Assembly (NCBI GenBank): GCA_022510625.1
Contig: JAFLTD010000002.1
Coordinates: 5,573-69,572, forward strand
DNA from: Lachnospiraceae bacterium
Lineage (GTDB): Bacteria > Bacillota > Clostridia > Lachnospirales > Lachnospiraceae
Reading direction: 5' to 3'
DNA length: 64,000 bases
Shown here piece by piece: positions 10,393 to 19,726 of this stretch. The position numbers were made by a program, and so were the translations under genes. The notes beneath the pieces are model-generated. The model was not told the DNA's origin and searched no databases. It saw only the letters and a program-made list of their open reading frames with translations. How positions within the stretch are numbered: the first letter of the stretch is position 1; every line of letters begins with the position of its first letter.

Positions 10393-11370
10393 ATGGGATA
10401 TAGAGATATTACATTTGATAAGGACAACATCTTTCTGGTAACCGGAGGTGCGGGATTTATCGGGTCTAACATCTGCGAGGCCTTGATTGATATGGGCTAT
10501 ACTGTGCGTTGTCTCGACAATCTTTCCACCGGTAAATATGAGAATATTGAACCACTGACAAAAAGTGAGAGATTTGCCTTTATTAAAGGGGATATCAGGG
10601 ATTTGGATACCTGTATGGAGGCGACAAAAGATGCCCACTATGTGCTTAATCAGGCGGCTTGGGGCAGCGTGCCGCGCAGTATTGAGATGCCGCTCTTTTA
10701 CGAGGAGATCAATATCAGGGGCACGTTAAATATGATGGAGGCTGCGAGACAAAACGGTGTCAGGAAGTTTGTATATGCTTCCAGTTCTTCAGTTTACGGA
10801 GATTCCACGACCCTGCCGAAGAAGGAGGGACAGGAGGGAAAGGTGATCTCTCCATATGCATTGACTAAGAAAGTGGACGAAGAGTACGGAAGACTTTATA
10901 AAGAATTGTACGGATTGGATACTTACGGACTGCGTTATTTCAATGTGTTCGGGCGCCGGCAGGACCCGGAAGGAATGTATGCGGCCGTTATTCCGAAATT
11001 TATCAAACAACTCTTGCACGGTGAAGTGCCGACCATCAATGGGGACGGAAGACAATCCAGGGATTTTACCTATATTGATAATGTAATCGAAGCTAATCTG
11101 CGTGCATGTCAGGCATCCGAAGAGGCGGCGGGACAAGCATATAATATCGGTGCAGGCGGCAGGCTGTTCCTGATCGATATTTATAATCATCTGTGTAAAG
11201 CGCTGGGTAAGGATGTGGAGCCGAATTATGGACCGCCGCGAAAAGGCGATGTGCGGGATTCTAACGCTGATATCAGCAAGGCGAGAGAACTGCTTGGTTA
11301 TGATCCGGAGTATGATTTTGAGAAGGGTATTGCATTGGCAATCGATTGGTATAAGGAATATCTGAAGTGA
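10393..11370 (+). CDS. UDP-GlcNAc(A) 4-epimerase (WbpP/TviC-type extended SDR)
   Basis: TGGAGFIGS, AAWGSVPRS, ASSSSVYG, PYALTK (YxxxK), LRYFNVFGRRQDP, YAAVIPKF. Confidence 0.92.
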   Translation: MGYRDITFDKDNIFLVTGGAGFIGSNICEALIDMGYTVRCLDNLSTGKYENIEPLTKSERFAFIKGDIRDLDTCMEATKDAHYVLNQAAWGSVPRSIEMPLFYEEINIRGTLNMMEAARQNGVRKFVYASSSSVYGDSTTLPKKEGQEGKVISPYALTKKVDEEYGRLYKELYGLDTYGLRYFNVFGRRQDPEGMYAAVIPKFIKQLLHGEVPTINGDGRQSRDFTYIDNVIEANLRACQASEEAAGQAYNIGAGGRLFLIDIYNHLCKALGKDVEPNYGPPRKGDVRDSNADISKARELLGYDPEYDFEKGIALAIDWYKEYLK

Positions 11371-11388
11371 TGAGTACGGAGGGATAAT

Positions 11389-12309
11389 ATGCGGTATAAA
11401 GTAGTCGTATTCGGTGTCAAGGATACCTCGGAAAATATAGTAGCGTTTATTCAGGAACAGATCTGCCCGGTAGATTTGGTGATTACCATCAGCCCGGAAG
11501 TGACAAAGAAGAATCAGGTTTCGGGATATAAGGGGTTGTCTTTTTTGACTGAGAAATACGGTATTCCTGTGCATGAAGCGGACAGTTATTTCCTGACCGA
11601 CGACAAGACTCAGCAATTTATCAATGAGAACGAATTTGATATCGGTATTTCCATGGGGTGGCAGAGGTTGATACCTAAGTCTGTGCTGGATCGTTTCAAG
11701 TACGGTATATATGGATTTCACGGTAACTGCGGGTATCTGCCCTTCGGCAGAGGACGTTCACCGCTCAATTGGTCGATTATATTGGGGGACACGAGGTTTA
11801 ATCTGAATATGTTCCGCTATGATGAGAAAGCTGACAGTCCCAACATATTCGCCACGGAGATGTTTTCGATCACACCTCATGACGATATACGGACGGCTCA
11901 GTATAAAAATATGATCTGTTCCAAAAATCTGATTCGCAGGCTGCTTAAAGCATATGAGGATGATAATATCGTGATACGTACGGAGTCCAAAGATTATGAT
12001 TCCTGGTACAATAAGCGGACGGCGGAGGACGGTAAAATTGATTTTCATGCGAGGACACGTGATATTTATAATCTGATCCGCGGTGTCGCAGCGCCTTTTC
12101 CGGGTGCCTATGCCATGATAGGCAGCGACAAGGTAACACTGTGGACTGCCCATCCTTTTGATGAAATTATTGATTTTTCGGCATATGCACCGGGAGAGGT
12201 GGTTGATATATTCGACGGGAAACCGGTGGTGCGCACGGTAGACGGTTCCCTGCTGATTGACAAATATGAGTGTGCCAGACAGATTACTGTGGGGGATGTG
12301 CTGACTTAA
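11389..12309 (+). CDS. Formyltransferase-fold protein (Fmt-like; probable sugar N-formyltransferase, atypical motif)
   Basis: GWQRLIP, FH...LPFGRGRSPLNWSII, DGKIDF, IYNLIRGVAAPFPGAY (Fmt C-terminal domain). Confidence 0.8.
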   Translation: MRYKVVVFGVKDTSENIVAFIQEQICPVDLVITISPEVTKKNQVSGYKGLSFLTEKYGIPVHEADSYFLTDDKTQQFINENEFDIGISMGWQRLIPKSVLDRFKYGIYGFHGNCGYLPFGRGRSPLNWSIILGDTRFNLNMFRYDEKADSPNIFATEMFSITPHDDIRTAQYKNMICSKNLIRRLLKAYEDDNIVIRTESKDYDSWYNKRTAEDGKIDFHARTRDIYNLIRGVAAPFPGAYAMIGSDKVTLWTAHPFDEIIDFSAYAPGEVVDIFDGKPVVRTVDGSLLIDKYECARQITVGDVLT

Positions 12310-12329
12310 AGCAGCGGAAAGGCAGAGAT

Positions 12330-13487
12330 ATGTCAGAGACAATACGGGTGCTGCATGTGCTGGGCGGAACGGGGCTCGGCGGAGCGGAGAGCCGCATCAT
12401 GGATTTATATCGTCAGATGAACCGTGACGAGCTTCAGTTTGACTTTCTTGTGCACAGCAGTGCGGTTAATGGTTTCCGCGAGGATGCACCGGAGCGGGAG
12501 CCGCAGTTTTACGATGAGGAAATAAGGCAGTTGGGGGGACATATCTATGTGCTGCCCAAATTCAAAGTATACAATTATCCGGCCTATAAGAAAGCGATAC
12601 AGAGCTTTTTTAAGGCCCATCATGAATTTCGAGTGGTTCAGGGACACATGACCAGCACGGCGGGAATTTATTTGCCCATCGCCAAGAAGAATGGAGTGCC
12701 CATAACGGTAGCACATTCCAGAAATGCCGGTGTGGTCAAAGGTCTGAAGGGTATTGCCACTCGTTTTTTTAGGCGGAATCTGGTGAGGAAGGCGGATTAT
12801 TGTTTCGCATGTTCCGAACTGGCAGGAAAGGATGTGTTCGGGGATGAGGCTGTGTGTCAGGGCAAAGTGAAAATTATTCACAATGCCATCGACGCGGGAA
12901 AGTTTACCTACGATCCGCAGAGACGTGCAGAAGTGAGAGAAAAACTCGGATTAAGGGAACAATTGGTGATCGGGCATGTGGGGCGGTTTGATTATCAGAA
13001 GAACCATCCCTATCTGATTGAGGTTTTTGCGAAGTTGTGCGACAGAAGGCAGGATGCAGTGCTGCTGCTGCTGGGGGAAGGTCCCGGTATGGACAGCATA
13101 AAAGAGAAATGCCGCGCACTCGGTATTGATGGAAAAGTTATGTTTCTGGGCAATCAGAGACAACCTGAGAACTATTACCAGGCGATGGATATTTTCCTGC
13201 TCCCCTCTTATTTTGAAGGATTACCGGGGGTATTGGTGGAAGCACAGGCAGCAGGGCTTAGATGTTTGGTGTCAGATGCGGTCACGAGAGAAGCCGAAGC
13301 CACAGATTTAGTCACTTATTTAAGTATTGAGCAGCCTGCCGGGGAGTGGGCGAAGAGAATCGAGGCATCGGCTTCTTACGAGAGGCGTGATACATTTCAA
13401 ATGATGAGAGATGCGGGGTTTGATGTGGCGACGCAGGCTGCAGGTTACCGCATTTTCTATCAGAAAGGAGACAGTTCGGGATTATGA
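12330..13487 (+). CDS. GT4 glycosyltransferase (EpsF/CapH-like)
   Basis: GGAESRIM, QFDFL, GHVGRFDYQKNH, EGLPGVLVEAQAAGL. Confidence 0.9.
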   Translation: MSETIRVLHVLGGTGLGGAESRIMDLYRQMNRDELQFDFLVHSSAVNGFREDAPEREPQFYDEEIRQLGGHIYVLPKFKVYNYPAYKKAIQSFFKAHHEFRVVQGHMTSTAGIYLPIAKKNGVPITVAHSRNAGVVKGLKGIATRFFRRNLVRKADYCFACSELAGKDVFGDEAVCQGKVKIIHNAIDAGKFTYDPQRRAEVREKLGLREQLVIGHVGRFDYQKNHPYLIEVFAKLCDRRQDAVLLLLGEGPGMDSIKEKCRALGIDGKVMFLGNQRQPENYYQAMDIFLLPSYFEGLPGVLVEAQAAGLRCLVSDAVTREAEATDLVTYLSIEQPAGEWAKRIEASASYERRDTFQMMRDAGFDVATQAAGYRIFYQKGDSSGL

Positions 13488-14590
13488 AGAAACTGTTGTT
13501 GATTGCACCGTCTTTACACCAGGGCGGATTGGAAAAAGTGTGTGCGGCGACAGCGAGACTCTTACAGCCGTATTTTGATGTCAGAATCGCTATTTTCGAT
13601 TCCCGCAACATAGCATATGATATCAAGGGCATTCCTGTAGCGGATTTGCGGCTGCCCAGCCGTCCGAGCAAAGTGGGCAAGGTATTCAATGTCATAAAAC
13701 GTGGCTTGAAGCTTAAAGTGCTTATGAAGAAGGAACACATCGATATTGCATACAGCTTTGGTCCGACGGCCAATTTTGCCAACATTGTGTCCGGCGGAAA
13801 TGCGGAGAAGTGGCTTGGTATCAGGAGCTACATGGATATGGGAAATTCGAAGCAGATACGGCTGTTCTGCAGATGTGCGGACAGGGTCATCTGTTGTTCG
13901 GATGAGATCTGCCGTGAAGTGCGGGATAAATATCGATGCGACAAGGCGGTCACTCTCAATAATCCGTTTGATATGAAGGAAGTGCGGGTGTTGTCCGAGA
14001 AGGGGGAGGCAGAGCTGCCGTGGAGTGAGGGCCGTATCATTATTTCGATGGGACGTGAAGACGTAGTCAAAGGTTTCTGGCATCTGCTCAAAAGTTTTTC
14101 TCTGGTGCATGAGAAATTGCCGGACACGAAGCTCATGATCATCGGGCAGGGAGATTTCAATGCATACAGAGAGTTGTCGTTGGGGCTTGGTATTGATGAT
14201 GCAGTCTATTTTACCGGATTGAAGAAAAATCCTTATCCGTACTTAAAAAGGGGCGACCTGTATGTTCTTACCTCCTATTATGAAGGTTTTCCGAATGCGA
14301 TGGTTGAGGCGATGTCTATGGGGCTCCCGGTTATTGCCACGGATTGTATGACGGGACCGCGGGAGATTTTGGAAGATCGGTACGGTATCCTGATCCCAAA
14401 TATGAGTCCGGATGAAGATTTTAATCCACAGAATATTACGGAGGAAGAAAGAAATCTGGCGCGGGAAATCGCGGATCTTCTGGAGGATCGGAGCAAGATG
14501 GAGCATTACCGCCAAATGTCGCTAAAAAGGGCCGGCGATTATACGGCGGAATCCTACATTGAAAAGATATGTGGTATGGGAATGCCATAG
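13484..14590 (+). CDS. GT4 glycosyltransferase (WabH/PglJ-like)
   Basis: GGLEK, GR...VKG, NPYPYL, EGFPNAMVEAM, TDCMTGPREIL. Confidence 0.9.
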   Translation: MKKLLLIAPSLHQGGLEKVCAATARLLQPYFDVRIAIFDSRNIAYDIKGIPVADLRLPSRPSKVGKVFNVIKRGLKLKVLMKKEHIDIAYSFGPTANFANIVSGGNAEKWLGIRSYMDMGNSKQIRLFCRCADRVICCSDEICREVRDKYRCDKAVTLNNPFDMKEVRVLSEKGEAELPWSEGRIIISMGREDVVKGFWHLLKSFSLVHEKLPDTKLMIIGQGDFNAYRELSLGLGIDDAVYFTGLKKNPYPYLKRGDLYVLTSYYEGFPNAMVEAMSMGLPVIATDCMTGPREILEDRYGILIPNMSPDEDFNPQNITEEERNLAREIADLLEDRSKMEHYRQMSLKRAGDYTAESYIEKICGMGMP

Positions 14591-14596
14591 AAAAGA

Positions 14597-14625
14597 TTGA
14601 AGTTTGTTATGTAAACGGGTATAAT
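14597..14625 (+). promoter_or_regulatory. Putative sigma-A internal promoter for the GtrB-like gene
   Basis: TTGAAG (14597-14602), 17 nt spacer, TATAAT (14620-14625), then a GGAGG RBS. Confidence 0.6.
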
Positions 14626-14646
14626 AGATAAGTGGAGGGTTTATGT

Positions 14647-15612
14647 ATGGACAAGCTCGCAATCGTGGTGCCCTGTTATAATGAAGAAGAAGTATTGAAA
14701 ATTGCATCTTTGACACTGAGAGATGTTCTGGAAGATCTGATACACAAGGGAAAGATATCGGACGACAGTTACATTCTGTTTGTGAACGATGGCAGCACAG
14801 ATCGTACATGGGAATTGATTGAGGAAGAGCATGCGGCATATCCGACACGGGTATGTGGGGTAAAGCTTGCAGGCAATGTCGGTCATCAATTTGCGTTGAC
14901 GGCCGGTTTGATCACGGCGAAAGACATGAGCGATGTGACAATTTCTATTGATGCCGATATGCAGGACGATGTCACGGTGATTGAGGAAATGATAGACAAG
15001 TTTCATGCCGGCTGCGATGTTGTTTACGGTGTCCGCAAAGAAAGAAAGACAGATACATTTTTTAAACGGACTACAGCGCAGGCGTTTTACAAGTTTATGA
15101 ATCTCATGGGTGTCAAGACGATCTATAACCATGCGGATTTTCGGTTGATGTCCAGGCGGGCTGTGGAAGAGTTCTCCAAGTATAAGGAGACGAATCTTTT
15201 TCTCCGGGGCATGATTCCGCTGATCGGTTATCGGACAGACAGTGTTTATTATGACCGTAAAGAGCGGGTGGCCGGTGAGTCCAAGTATCCCTTTAAAAAG
15301 ATGCTTGCGTTGGCCTTCAACGGTATTTCCTCTTTCAGCATCAAGCCAATCAGCATGATTCTGGGATCCGGAATCATGATTATCTTTCTTTCGATTCTTG
15401 CGGCGATATATGCATTACTCTCATATTTTATGGGACATGTTGTTCCGGGATGGACCTCGCTGATTTTATCCATTTGGTTTCTGGGCGGCATGCAGCTGAT
15501 TGCCATCGGTCTGGTAGGGCAGTATATCGGCAAGATCTACCTTGAAGTAAAGGGAAGACCGCGATACAATATTGAAAAGATATTGACCGGCAGCGGCACC
15601 AAAGATGCCTGA
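14647..15612 (+). CDS. GT2 undecaprenyl-phosphate glycosyltransferase (GtrB/CsbB, DPM1-like)
   Basis: IVVPCYNEE, VNDGSTD, IDADMQDD, DFRLMSR, ERVAGESKY, two C-terminal TM helices, EVKGRPRY. Confidence 0.9.
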   Translation: MDKLAIVVPCYNEEEVLKIASLTLRDVLEDLIHKGKISDDSYILFVNDGSTDRTWELIEEEHAAYPTRVCGVKLAGNVGHQFALTAGLITAKDMSDVTISIDADMQDDVTVIEEMIDKFHAGCDVVYGVRKERKTDTFFKRTTAQAFYKFMNLMGVKTIYNHADFRLMSRRAVEEFSKYKETNLFLRGMIPLIGYRTDSVYYDRKERVAGESKYPFKKMLALAFNGISSFSIKPISMILGSGIMIIFLSILAAIYALLSYFMGHVVPGWTSLILSIWFLGGMQLIAIGLVGQYIGKIYLEVKGRPRYNIEKILTGSGTKDA

Positions 15613-15650
15613 GGGAAATATAACGTATATATCGGAGGAAGCAATAGGGT

Positions 15651-16754
15651 ATGGCGCGTAAGATAGTTTTTCATCTGAATTGTCTGGAACAGGGCGGTGC
15701 GGAGCGTGTAGTTACCAATCTGGCCAATCAGTTTGTCAAGGAAGGCTATCAGGTCATTATTGCCACGGAGTGGTATGGTGAGAATGAATTTCAAATTGAT
15801 GAAAGGGTCAGACGTGTACATGTTGGGCTCAAAGCAGATGATGAGAAGAAACACCGCCTTGTCCGGTTCCTGCTTCGTGTAAAATATTTGCGGGATTTCC
15901 TGAAGAATGAGAAGCCTGACATCCTGATTCCGTTTGCCAGGAAAGCGTTATACAGAGGTTTGATGGCGGCATATTTCATGAAGATACCGGTTCTGATCTC
16001 TATTCGCACCGACCCGGCCGGACACTATGAGGAGAGGTCGGATAAGATACAGATTCCGCTATTGTTTCCGAGGGTGGACGGATGTGTTTTTCAGACGGAG
16101 GGTGCGAGGGATTTTTTTGCACCGAGGCTTCAGAGTAATTCAAGGATCATTCTGAACCCGATTCACGAGAAATATATCGGAGTCCCGATGCCGGAAACAA
16201 GGACAAAGACGGTGGTGCAGTCAGGCAGACTGGTAGACTTTAAGAATCAGCCGATGTTGATCAGAGCTTTTGTGAAGGTGCATGAGAAGCATCCGGATTA
16301 TGATCTGAAAATATACGGCGGTGACTCTTTTGATGGAACCAGGGAAATACTGGAGGGTTTGATTGAGGAATTTCAGGCGCAGGAGTATATTCGCCTTATG
16401 GGTGCCAGCGATACTCTGGAGAAAGACTTGGCAGATGCGGCACTGTTTGCTTTTACCTCGGATTGGGAAGGGCTGCCCAATGCGCTGATGGAAGCTATGG
16501 CGCTGGGACTTCCGATTGTTGCCACGGATTGTCCCTGCGGCGGACCCAGAACCATCATGACGAATGAGGTGGACGGTCTGCTCATTCCGATCAAGGACGA
16601 ACAGGCTTTGGTAGATGGAATAAATCGTCTTATAGAGACCCCGGAACTTGCCGAGCGGCTCGGTGCAGAGGCAAGAAAGATTGCTGATAAGGCGAACGGG
16701 GATGCGGTGTACAAGCAGTGGAGAGATTATATTGAAGAGTTAATAAATAACTAA
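15651..16754 (+). CDS. GT4 glycosyltransferase (AmsD/PglH-like)
   Basis: GGAERV, GRLVDFKN, EGLPNALMEAMALGLP, TDCPCGG. Confidence 0.9.
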   Translation: MARKIVFHLNCLEQGGAERVVTNLANQFVKEGYQVIIATEWYGENEFQIDERVRRVHVGLKADDEKKHRLVRFLLRVKYLRDFLKNEKPDILIPFARKALYRGLMAAYFMKIPVLISIRTDPAGHYEERSDKIQIPLLFPRVDGCVFQTEGARDFFAPRLQSNSRIILNPIHEKYIGVPMPETRTKTVVQSGRLVDFKNQPMLIRAFVKVHEKHPDYDLKIYGGDSFDGTREILEGLIEEFQAQEYIRLMGASDTLEKDLADAALFAFTSDWEGLPNALMEAMALGLPIVATDCPCGGPRTIMTNEVDGLLIPIKDEQALVDGINRLIETPELAERLGAEARKIADKANGDAVYKQWRDYIEELINN

Positions 16755-16770
16755 TGCAGAGGAGAACAGT

Positions 16771-17529
16771 ATGTTTTCATACGACGATTACAAGGAGATT
16801 ATAAGAATCATACAGTCTACAGGGAGACAGTGCGGTTATGCTGAAGCACTCGGGCGGGATAAGTTTATTATTATGCGCCATGATGTGGAGTATAGTGTGG
16901 AAAGAGCCTATCGGTTGGCGAAAATAGAACAGAGCATGGATTTCGTATCCACATTCTTCTTCCAGTGGACGAACAATTCCTATAATATTCTTTCCAGAAG
17001 AAATATGGACATGATCAAAGATATGCATGAGAGAGGCCAGCATATCGGATTACATTTTGCACTTAACGGCATGACGGACATGCAGCAGATCCGCGGACGC
17101 ATCAAGATGGAGATGGAGATCTTGAGTGAGATGTTCGGCTTTGAGATTACGGAATTCTCGGTTCACAGACCATCCAAGGATGTGCTCAGAGAGAATATTA
17201 AGCTGGATGGCATTCTCAACGCTTATCAGGATGATTTCTTCACATTTGCGGATTCGGTCGATGATCATACACAGTTAAAGGTCAAATATATGTCCGATGC
17301 AAATCATATCTGGCGTTATGGATATCCTGACGAGGCAAATATTACGGGATACGACAAGGTGCAGATCCTCACGCACCCTTTTGCATGGTGCAGGAAGGGA
17401 TATGATAATTTTGATAATTACAAGTCATTGCTGCAGGAAAAATATATAGAATTAGTAGAATCCGTAGATAATGAATGTAAGGATTTCGGTGAATACAAAG
17501 AGTATTTTTTGGAGAAAAACGTGCAGTAG
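16771..17529 (+). CDS. Polysaccharide deacetylase-like (NodB/CE4 fold, WbmS-like) protein
   Basis: MRHDVE, STFFF, GQHIGLHF, SVHRP, YMSD, QILTHP pattern of metal-dependent deacetylase-like proteins. Confidence 0.6.
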   Translation: MFSYDDYKEIIRIIQSTGRQCGYAEALGRDKFIIMRHDVEYSVERAYRLAKIEQSMDFVSTFFFQWTNNSYNILSRRNMDMIKDMHERGQHIGLHFALNGMTDMQQIRGRIKMEMEILSEMFGFEITEFSVHRPSKDVLRENIKLDGILNAYQDDFFTFADSVDDHTQLKVKYMSDANHIWRYGYPDEANITGYDKVQILTHPFAWCRKGYDNFDNYKSLLQEKYIELVESVDNECKDFGEYKEYFLEKNVQ

Positions 17530-17592
17530 GTGCATAAACTGCCGGAGCCTGATGAGCAGGGATGCCGGTAATCATAACAGGTGGAATGATAA

Positions 17593-19488
17593 ATGTGCGG
17601 AATATGCGGATATATCAGTAAGAACAGTATTACCCTCGAACAGCTGAAAGAAATGAATGATACAATGTATCACAGAGGACCGGACGACAGCGGTGAGGAA
17701 ATTTACGAGATGAGCGGCGGTCGGCAGGTGGGGTTTGCGCAGAGAAGACTGTCCATTCTGGACTTATCCGAGTTGGGGCATCAGCCCATGCACTCGGTTG
17801 ACAAGCGGGTTTCCGTAGTCTATAACGGTGAGATCTATAATTATCGTGAGTTGAAAGAAGAATTGGCGGACTATCCTTTCTTGTCCAATTGCGACACGGA
17901 AGTTATTATAGCCGCCTATTTAAAATGGGGCATCCGATGTGTGGAGCGGTTTAACGGAATGTTTGCAATTGCGCTCTATGACAGGGAGACGCAGGATGTT
18001 TATCTTGTCCGTGACCGTATCGGCAAGAAACCTCTTTACTACCGGTACGAGGATGAAAATTTGGTTTTTGCCTCGGAACTGAAACCGATTATGAAGTGTC
18101 CGGGATTTGCGGGAGAAATTGAACAACGCGTGTTATCGCGTTACTTGTTTCAGCAGTATATCAATGCGCCGGAGAGTATCTACAGGAATGTTTATAAAGT
18201 GGAACCCGGATCGGTACTGCGCTTTTCCGGGGGAAATATCAAAACGTGGAAGTATTGGGATGTCAAGAAAGTATATCACAGGGCGCAGAAAGACCGAATA
18301 GAAGATTATCGGGAAGCGAAAGAGCGGTTAAAAGATCTGTTGCAGAAGTCTGTGAAAGCGCGCATGATTGCCGATGTGCCGTTGGGAGCTTTCTTAAGCG
18401 GCGGTTATGATTCCTCTCTGGTCACCGCGATTGCGCAGGAATGTTCGGAGGATCCCGTCAAGACATTCTCGATCGGTTTTCATGAAGAGAAATATAATGA
18501 GGCGAAATATGCGAAGGCAGTGGCGGATTATCTGGGTACGGACCACACGGAACTCTATATCGGCGAGCAGGATATGCTCGGTCTCGTAGAGAGTATTCCG
18601 AAGTATTACGATGAGCCGTTCGCGGACAGTTCCGAGATTGCGACGATGATGGTGTCTAAACTGGCGAGAGACCATGTGACGGTTGCCTTGTCGGGTGACG
18701 GCGGAGATGAGTTTTTCTGCGGCTACAATGTTTATGATAATGTGTCCAAGGCGCAGCGTCTGGATAAGCTGGGAGGGATGGTCCACGGATTATGTGGTCT
18801 GCCGGGATTTAAGCAGGCGCATCTGGAGGATAGACTTCCATTTAAAGTGCGCGTGATTGCCGGCAATCGAGAGAGGGAGAGCAAGACTCAGTTTGGAGCG
18901 GGGAACTATCCGGTTGTGGCAAGAGCTATGGTCAAGGCGCTGCCGGAAGGAGAAGAGGCATTCCCCATCCATTATCCGGTTGAGAGCGGATATGGTGTAG
19001 GGAATTGGCAAATCAGGAGAATGCTGCTGGATATGGATACCTACCTTCCGGGAGATATTCTGTGCAAGGTAGACCGTGCTTCCATGAAATATTCTCTGGA
19101 GGCGAGATGTCCGATCTTGGATGTGGATGTCATGGAACTGTCTTACCGGATTCCGCATGAATTCAAATATGCGGGTGGTGACAAGAAACACATCCTGAAA
19201 GATATCGCATATGATTATATTCCGAAGGACTTGTTGGACAGGCCGAAGGTGGGATTTGGGGTTCCGCTGGACAAATGGCTGCGCGGTCCGCTGCGGGAAC
19301 AACTGTTGGATTACAGCAGTTATGATTTTCTGGAACGACAAAATATTTTTGATGCCACGTATGTTTCAGATATGATCGGACAATATATTGAGACGGGAGA
19401 TGCAGGTCCGGCAACCGGAGCAAATTACTCCAAGTTGGTTTGGTCGTTCTTTGTGTTCCAACAATGGTATCAGACTTATCGGAACTGA
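17593..19488 (+). CDS. asnB: Asparagine synthase-like glutamine amidotransferase 1 (WbpS/WbtH-type sugar amidotransferase)
   Basis: N-terminal MCGI, HRGPD, RRLSILDL, NGEIYN, FLSGGYDSS, LSGDGGDE, KVDRASM. Confidence 0.9.
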   Translation: MCGICGYISKNSITLEQLKEMNDTMYHRGPDDSGEEIYEMSGGRQVGFAQRRLSILDLSELGHQPMHSVDKRVSVVYNGEIYNYRELKEELADYPFLSNCDTEVIIAAYLKWGIRCVERFNGMFAIALYDRETQDVYLVRDRIGKKPLYYRYEDENLVFASELKPIMKCPGFAGEIEQRVLSRYLFQQYINAPESIYRNVYKVEPGSVLRFSGGNIKTWKYWDVKKVYHRAQKDRIEDYREAKERLKDLLQKSVKARMIADVPLGAFLSGGYDSSLVTAIAQECSEDPVKTFSIGFHEEKYNEAKYAKAVADYLGTDHTELYIGEQDMLGLVESIPKYYDEPFADSSEIATMMVSKLARDHVTVALSGDGGDEFFCGYNVYDNVSKAQRLDKLGGMVHGLCGLPGFKQAHLEDRLPFKVRVIAGNRERESKTQFGAGNYPVVARAMVKALPEGEEAFPIHYPVESGYGVGNWQIRRMLLDMDTYLPGDILCKVDRASMKYSLEARCPILDVDVMELSYRIPHEFKYAGGDKKHILKDIAYDYIPKDLLDRPKVGFGVPLDKWLRGPLREQLLDYSSYDFLERQNIFDATYVSDMIGQYIETGDAGPATGANYSKLVWSFFVFQQWYQTYRN

Positions 19489-19726
19489 TCATTAGGTTTA
19501 TATAACCGATGAAATACTATAAAAAATAAAATAACGCTATAAAATATTGTTTTTTGATAAAAAAAGAGGTCAGAAAACGGATAAAATTGTCAATACAATT
19601 CATAATTCAAAAATAAAAACAAATTTAATAAAAAAGTTTTTTTGGTCAGATTTTGCAGGAAAAATGAACGGAACTTGCAAAACGCATGTTTTTTAATAAA
19701 AATATGAAGGATTTTATTCAAAAGCT
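19489..19726. promoter_or_regulatory. AT-rich intergenic spacer, probable internal promoter/regulatory region
   Basis: Longest intergenic gap in the window; A/T tracts; GGTCAGA occurs twice; TTGCAA at 19675-19680 upstream of an A-rich -10-like tract. Confidence 0.4.

Noticed and set aside
10789-11721. Long minus-strand ORFs (310 aa here; also 2713..3480, 33973..34758, 51616..52611 and others)
   Set aside because: They lie antisense to well-supported + strand genes and have no recognisable motifs; these are shadow ORFs
17540-17575. CTGATGA hammerhead-like core in a small intergenic hairpin before asnB1
   Set aside because: The required GAAA after stem II is missing; only a weak hairpin is present, with no U-tract
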